Shown in pieces: positions 48,873 to 53,056 of a stretch of 53,056 nucleotides of DNA. A model generated the notes under the pieces. That model ran no database searches and was not told the origin of the DNA. It saw only the letters and a list, made by a program, of their open reading frames with translations. The position numbers and the translations under genes are program-made. The stretch's first letter is position 1; every line of letters begins with the position of its first letter. Where the stretch lies: positions 1-53,056 of the forward strand of contig VEQN01000004.1 of the NCBI GenBank assembly GCA_018883165.1, read 5' to 3'. This stretch comes from Candidatus Tayloriibacteriota bacterium (GTDB lineage: Bacteria > Patescibacteriota > Minisyncoccia > Phycocordibacterales > CAIZLB01).

Positions 48873-50222
48873 TTAAGCTCCAACACGAGAAAGTAATGTC
48901 TTTATTGTCTGAAGTGCAATTTTCAAATCAAGAAATACAGACTTGTTCTTAATATAATACAAGTCATATGCAAGCTTTTCCATGGTTTCTTCAATAGTGT
49001 GAGGTGGTTTCTCATGATGAATCTGGGCCCATCCTGACAATCCAGGCTTTATTAAATGTCGCACGTTATAGTGAGGAATTTCCTTGTTGTAAAGGTCTAC
49101 GAGATTAGGAAACTCCGGCCTTGGACCAATAAGTGACAGATCACCCTTAAGGATATTCCACAACTGAGGTAGCTCATCAATTCGTGTCACTCGCATAAAC
49201 TTTCCAAGTTTTGTAATCTTATCTTTGTTCTGTCCAAGTTGATTTCCAGCATCCATGACAGTCATAGTTCTGAATTTATACATCTGTATCTGCTTTCCTC
49301 CTTGACCTACACGGATTGGTGTATAAAACATAGGACCACCATCTTCAAGTTTCATTCCAATCCATACAAACGGATACACAAACAAAGATACGATAAAGAG
49401 TGGTATTGATATACACAAATCCATAACCCTCTTGATTACATCATAAATGAAATTTGGCTCTATTGAAGCATGCTCCAAGAACCATGTTTCATTAATTAGA
49501 CTTAGTGGAACCCTATCAGTCACATTCTCATACAAATCTTGAATATTCACAAACTGGATACCCTCAAAAATGAGAGTATACAAAGCTGGGACATGTTTTT
49601 GTATTACTGGATTTAAGAGATCAATAGCAACTACTGAGATATTCTCTTTCTCCACCCTCTCTTTAATCTTCTTTGATACGTCAACATCGGACATATGTGC
49701 AATATCCTCGGGAGTACACACCCCTACAATATGCAAGAATTCGCCTTCTGATTGACTGACTCTGTGTTCAAGATATGAAACATCTACACCACCCCCAAGA
49801 ACAAGTACTTTAAGTGCCGATCTCTTTGTAATACTTGGATATATCAAAAATCTCCAAGTGCCAAGGAGTACAAGTGACACTAAGAGATACAATGCCAATA
49901 TTACTTTTGGAGTTACTGCAAAGAATGGAACAACATAGAAGAATAAAGTTGCGAGTAACACATTGAAGATATGTGCTGTAATCACCTTCTGGGACACTCT
50001 TGATTTCACCAAAAGCGTGTAGGTGTCATAAAGACCTGCAATGAAAAACACCAACATCCAGACCACAAACAGAAGACTGAATGGAATCAAGTGATCAAGG
50101 AAATACTGAGCAGATGGTGCATTAAAGTTTCTGAATAAAAGTGCCAACCACAAAGAAGCGACAAATACCACTATGTCGCCCACCAATAACCATGCCGATT
50201 CACTTTTGCGTACTACTGCCAT
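48873..50222 (-). CDS. Priming polyprenyl glycosylphosphotransferase (WcaJ/WbaP-like sugar transferase)
   Basis: N-terminal TM bundle; C-terminal KRVMD...KFRTM...RIDELPQL.N...GDLSLIGPRPE...KPGLSGWAQ. Confidence 0.92.
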   Translation of the reverse strand: MAVVRKSESAWLLVGDIVVFVASLWLALLFRNFNAPSAQYFLDHLIPFSLLFVVWMLVFFIAGLYDTYTLLVKSRVSQKVITAHIFNVLLATLFFYVVPFFAVTPKVILALYLLVSLVLLGTWRFLIYPSITKRSALKVLVLGGGVDVSYLEHRVSQSEGEFLHIVGVCTPEDIAHMSDVDVSKKIKERVEKENISVVAIDLLNPVIQKHVPALYTLIFEGIQFVNIQDLYENVTDRVPLSLINETWFLEHASIEPNFIYDVIKRVMDLCISIPLFIVSLFVYPFVWIGMKLEDGGPMFYTPIRVGQGGKQIQMYKFRTMTVMDAGNQLGQNKDKITKLGKFMRVTRIDELPQLWNILKGDLSLIGPRPEFPNLVDLYNKEIPHYNVRHLIKPGLSGWAQIHHEKPPHTIEETMEKLAYDLYYIKNKSVFLDLKIALQTIKTLLSRVGA

Positions 50223-50232
50223 ACTGTGCGAT

Positions 50233-50240
50233 ACTATACT
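50233..50240. promoter_or_regulatory. Overlapping divergent -10-like hexamers (TATAGT minus, TATACT plus)
   Basis: Only 27 nt separate the two divergent ATGs; the hexamers sit 10 and 9 nt from their respective start codons. Confidence 0.5.
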
Positions 50241-50249
50241 ACATACACC

Positions 50250-51389
50250 ATGAAAGAAAAGACCAGTAAAAACAAAGTCCTCTATGTCATTACAAAATCG
50301 AATTTCGGAGGAGCTCAAAGATATGTCTACGAATTAGCAAAACGTTCACACGAAGAAGGTATCGAAACCGCAGTTGCGCTTGGCGGAAACGGTATTTTAG
50401 TAGACAAGCTTAAGGAAATTGGGATCACCATCTTTCCTCTGGAATCCGCCGTCAGAGATATACATCTTACCAAGGAATTTAAACTGCTCTTAAGACTGTA
50501 TTCAGTAGTTAAATCGTTTCAACCTACAGTACTCCATTTGAATAGTCCGAAAATTGGTGGAATTGGTGCTGTGGTCGGTAGGATACTTCGAATACCGAAA
50601 ATCATATATACAAATCATGGATGGCCATTCAAAGAAGAGCGCCCAGAATGGCAACTCATGCTCATACGATTCTTTTCATGGCTCACCATATTTTTTAACA
50701 AGAAAATAATTGTACTCTCAGAAACAGAAAAAGATTTTGTGAAGAGATGGCCAACCGCATCGAAGAAAATTGAGGTGATACCAAATGGACTCTCTCCTTT
50801 TGATGCATATCCAAAAGAAGTAGCACAGAAAAAACTTGGTATTGAAACATCACCTAATACCCTAGTCATTGGAACCATCGCAGAGTTACATAAGAACAAA
50901 GGACTTACATATGCAATTGAGGGTATTCGGATGTACCTGGACCACAATCCTGCACAAAAGACCTTGTTTGCAATCATCGGTGAAGGTGAACGAAGACATG
51001 AGCTTGAAAGCCAAATTAAGGCTTCAAATATGGGTAAAAACGTAATCCTTTGTGGTCATATTGATAATGCAAGATTGTATCTCAATGCTTTTGATATATT
51101 CTTGCTCAGTTCAATCAAAGAAGGATTGCCATACGCGATTCTTGAGGCAGGATATACAGGTGTTCCTGTCATCTCAACATCTGTCGGTGGAATTCCTGAA
51201 GTAATTAAGAATTTTGAGACAGGACTCCTCATTCCACCGAGAAGACCTCAGGAAATTAAAAATGCCCTCATATACATAGAGGAGCATCCGGAGATTATAC
51301 AGAAAATTTCAACAGGTCTCTCTAAAAAAGTTAAAGACGTATATGATTTTGATATTGTGTACAAAAAGACTCACGAACTGTACAACTAA
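50250..51389 (+). CDS. Glycosyltransferase family 4 (GT-B)
   Basis: GGAQRYV, IAELHKNKG, and FLLSSIKEGLPYAILEAG...VGGIPE motifs. Confidence 0.92.
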   Translation: MKEKTSKNKVLYVITKSNFGGAQRYVYELAKRSHEEGIETAVALGGNGILVDKLKEIGITIFPLESAVRDIHLTKEFKLLLRLYSVVKSFQPTVLHLNSPKIGGIGAVVGRILRIPKIIYTNHGWPFKEERPEWQLMLIRFFSWLTIFFNKKIIVLSETEKDFVKRWPTASKKIEVIPNGLSPFDAYPKEVAQKKLGIETSPNTLVIGTIAELHKNKGLTYAIEGIRMYLDHNPAQKTLFAIIGEGERRHELESQIKASNMGKNVILCGHIDNARLYLNAFDIFLLSSIKEGLPYAILEAGYTGVPVISTSVGGIPEVIKNFETGLLIPPRRPQEIKNALIYIEEHPEIIQKISTGLSKKVKDVYDFDIVYKKTHELYN

Positions 51390-52507
51390 GCTCCGTGGAA
51401 TTCATTTCGCATCACATCTCGATGAGTGGCTCTTGAATATTTCATCATACCCATCAATATCCCAAGACCTACAAACTCAGTGAGCAAATGAGATCCTCCA
51501 TAGCTCATAAACGGTACAGGAATACCCGTTACAGGCATAATGCCAATATTCATACCGATATTAATAATTAAGTGTGTCATTAGGAATATGGTATACCCTA
51601 CTGCATACAAGGTTTCAAAGTTGGTTTCCCCTTTCATTGCCCACATTAATATTCTACCGATAATGATGGTGTATAGCACGAAGAGCATGATCACACCGAT
51701 AAAACCCCATTCTTCAGAGAATGCTGCGAATATAAAGTCTGTTTGATACTCAGGTAGAAACTTCAATCTTGATTGCGTACCGTACCCAATTCCCTTTCCA
51801 AAAACTTCACCAGATCCTACAGTAATCATTGCCTGGTACGCATTGTATCCAGTACCACGAATATCGGCTAGCGGGTGTATGAAATTCATGATTCTAGCTT
51901 TCTGATATTCTTTAAATCCATAGTTCCACAAGCCTGCGAACGATATCGCTCCAATACAAAACACGATAGCAAGGTGTTTCTTTGAGATACCCGATATTAA
52001 TACCATACCAAACCATATCGAGCAGATTGTGATAGCAGATCCAAAGTCAGGTTGAAGGGCAACCAACAGAGCAACAATCCCAGCATATACGGCAGATACA
52101 ACAATGTGCCGTATATGTGCAATTTGAATATGTCTTCTAGAGAAATATTTAGCCAAAAGAAGTATCATCACAAGTTTTACAGGGTCTGAAGGTTGGATAG
52201 AAAACAAACCTAGATTTACCCAACTTTTCGCACCCTTAGCAACATGACCTATACCAAACAAAACCAGCAGTGCGAGTATTGCAACTGCATACAAACTTAC
52301 AATCACTGAAGTCCTTCGTAAGAATCTAAAATCAACAAAGCTCAATGAAAACAGTGCCACGAAAGATATACCAATCCATATCAGTTGTCTCTCAGCAAAA
52401 TTAGTTACACCTGTGAAAGAATTCATGGTTAACAAACTCATCACAAGTATTGGAATGAGCGCACCTACGATGTACCAATCGATTGAGAATTTTCGTAAAA
52501 CTGACAT
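51386..52507 (-). CDS. rodA: SEDS family peptidoglycan polymerase RodA/FtsW
   Basis: GAKSW, QPSDPVKL, QPDFG, YQKARI, LPEYQTDFIF and PFMSYGGS motifs. Confidence 0.9.
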   Translation of the reverse strand: MSVLRKFSIDWYIVGALIPILVMSLLTMNSFTGVTNFAERQLIWIGISFVALFSLSFVDFRFLRRTSVIVSLYAVAILALLVLFGIGHVAKGAKSWVNLGLFSIQPSDPVKLVMILLLAKYFSRRHIQIAHIRHIVVSAVYAGIVALLVALQPDFGSAITICSIWFGMVLISGISKKHLAIVFCIGAISFAGLWNYGFKEYQKARIMNFIHPLADIRGTGYNAYQAMITVGSGEVFGKGIGYGTQSRLKFLPEYQTDFIFAAFSEEWGFIGVIMLFVLYTIIIGRILMWAMKGETNFETLYAVGYTIFLMTHLIINIGMNIGIMPVTGIPVPFMSYGGSHLLTEFVGLGILMGMMKYSRATHRDVMRNEFHGA

Positions 52508-52512
52508 GGAAC

Positions 52513-53056
52513 CTATATCTTAATTGGAAGCTTTGGAATAATTTCTATTCTACTTACAGCAAAATCAAACGGTCGTGGCCACGTGAATATTATAGGAACC
52601 TGATCTTCTGCTGGTAATACATCTACCATAGTCTTTGATGCTGCCTTTGCGTTACCATTCTCATCATATACAATCGCAACAACCTCAATATCCTTATACT
52701 TATTAATCGTCTCGTTTACAAGTACAGCCTGTAGTACCGGGGTTGTTGTTGCATTCCTCAAATTCTCGTCTGCAATACTTAGTTCAGGTTTTTTGCTTTG
52801 AAACCGTTTCCAAACCGCAGGAGCCGTGAACTCGAATACTGCTTTTGCAGGCTGCCTCTCCCCAGCATTAAATGCTGGCTCAAAAATTGGAAATGTTTTT
52901 GTAGGTGGAACTAAAGCATACCCCTCTCTTGTGCCGATAAGTACATTGTCTTTGTCATATACCAAGAAAATATATTCTATCGGTTCTGCAACATACTCAA
53001 CATTTGGATTCTGTGCGTATGCAACGAGATTATGGAGTCCCTTAGCTACACTAAAT
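52513..53056 (-). CDS. Conserved hypothetical protein with Ig-like/FxLYD-like C-terminal domain (5' end outside the window)
   Basis: The frame stays open to the window edge (FSVAKGLHNLVAYAQNPN...); C-terminal VVAIVYDENGNAKAASKT. Confidence 0.65.
   Translation of the reverse strand, partial: FSVAKGLHNLVAYAQNPNVEYVAEPIEYIFLVYDKDNVLIGTREGYALVPPTKTFPIFEPAFNAGERQPAKAVFEFTAPAVWKRFQSKKPELSIADENLRNATTTPVLQAVLVNETINKYKDIEVVAIVYDENGNAKAASKTMVDVLPAEDQVPIIFTWPRPFDFAVSRIEIIPKLPIKI

Overview
A gene-dense, AT-rich 53 kb chromosomal segment, genetic code 11 (TGA is used as a stop, e.g. the obg/gatB ATGA overlap). It is most consistent with a Patescibacteria/CPR (Parcubacteria-like) genome; this is inferred from the unlinked, divergent 16S gene and CPR-type hypothetical families, not from a database search. 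Core content: rpe, rpiB, gap, pyk, a 6-phosphogluconolactonase-like gene, gatB, obgE, secA/D/F/G, rnj, def, rodA and radC. Accessory content: an 11-gene surface-glycan locus (O-antigen-ligase-TPR protein, flippase, GT2/GT9/2xGT11, methyltransferases), an orphan VirD4/TraG-like ATPase, and two kinds of secreted fibre-like proteins. Strongest observations: (1) the stand-alone 16S rRNA ends in GAAUCAUUCAAUUU, so the anti-Shine-Dalgarno CCUCC is replaced by UUCAA, and about 15 genes have a -10-like hexamer only 6-14 nt before the start codon with no SD, suggesting a leaderless or short-leader translation regime; (2) a 1577-aa S74-chaperone fibre gene lies between two paralogous membrane proteins, and its signal peptide is knocked out of frame by a T8 tract; (3) an unannotated 23-aa Lys/Ala peptide gene (MAAKKKAKKVAKKKAKKAAKKRK) has its own strong terminator and a leader hairpin; (4) three constant-N/variable-C secreted paralogs flank the 16S gene, two of them sharing a perfect 43-bp 3' repeat. 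No CRISPR, tRNA, IS element or prophage was found.
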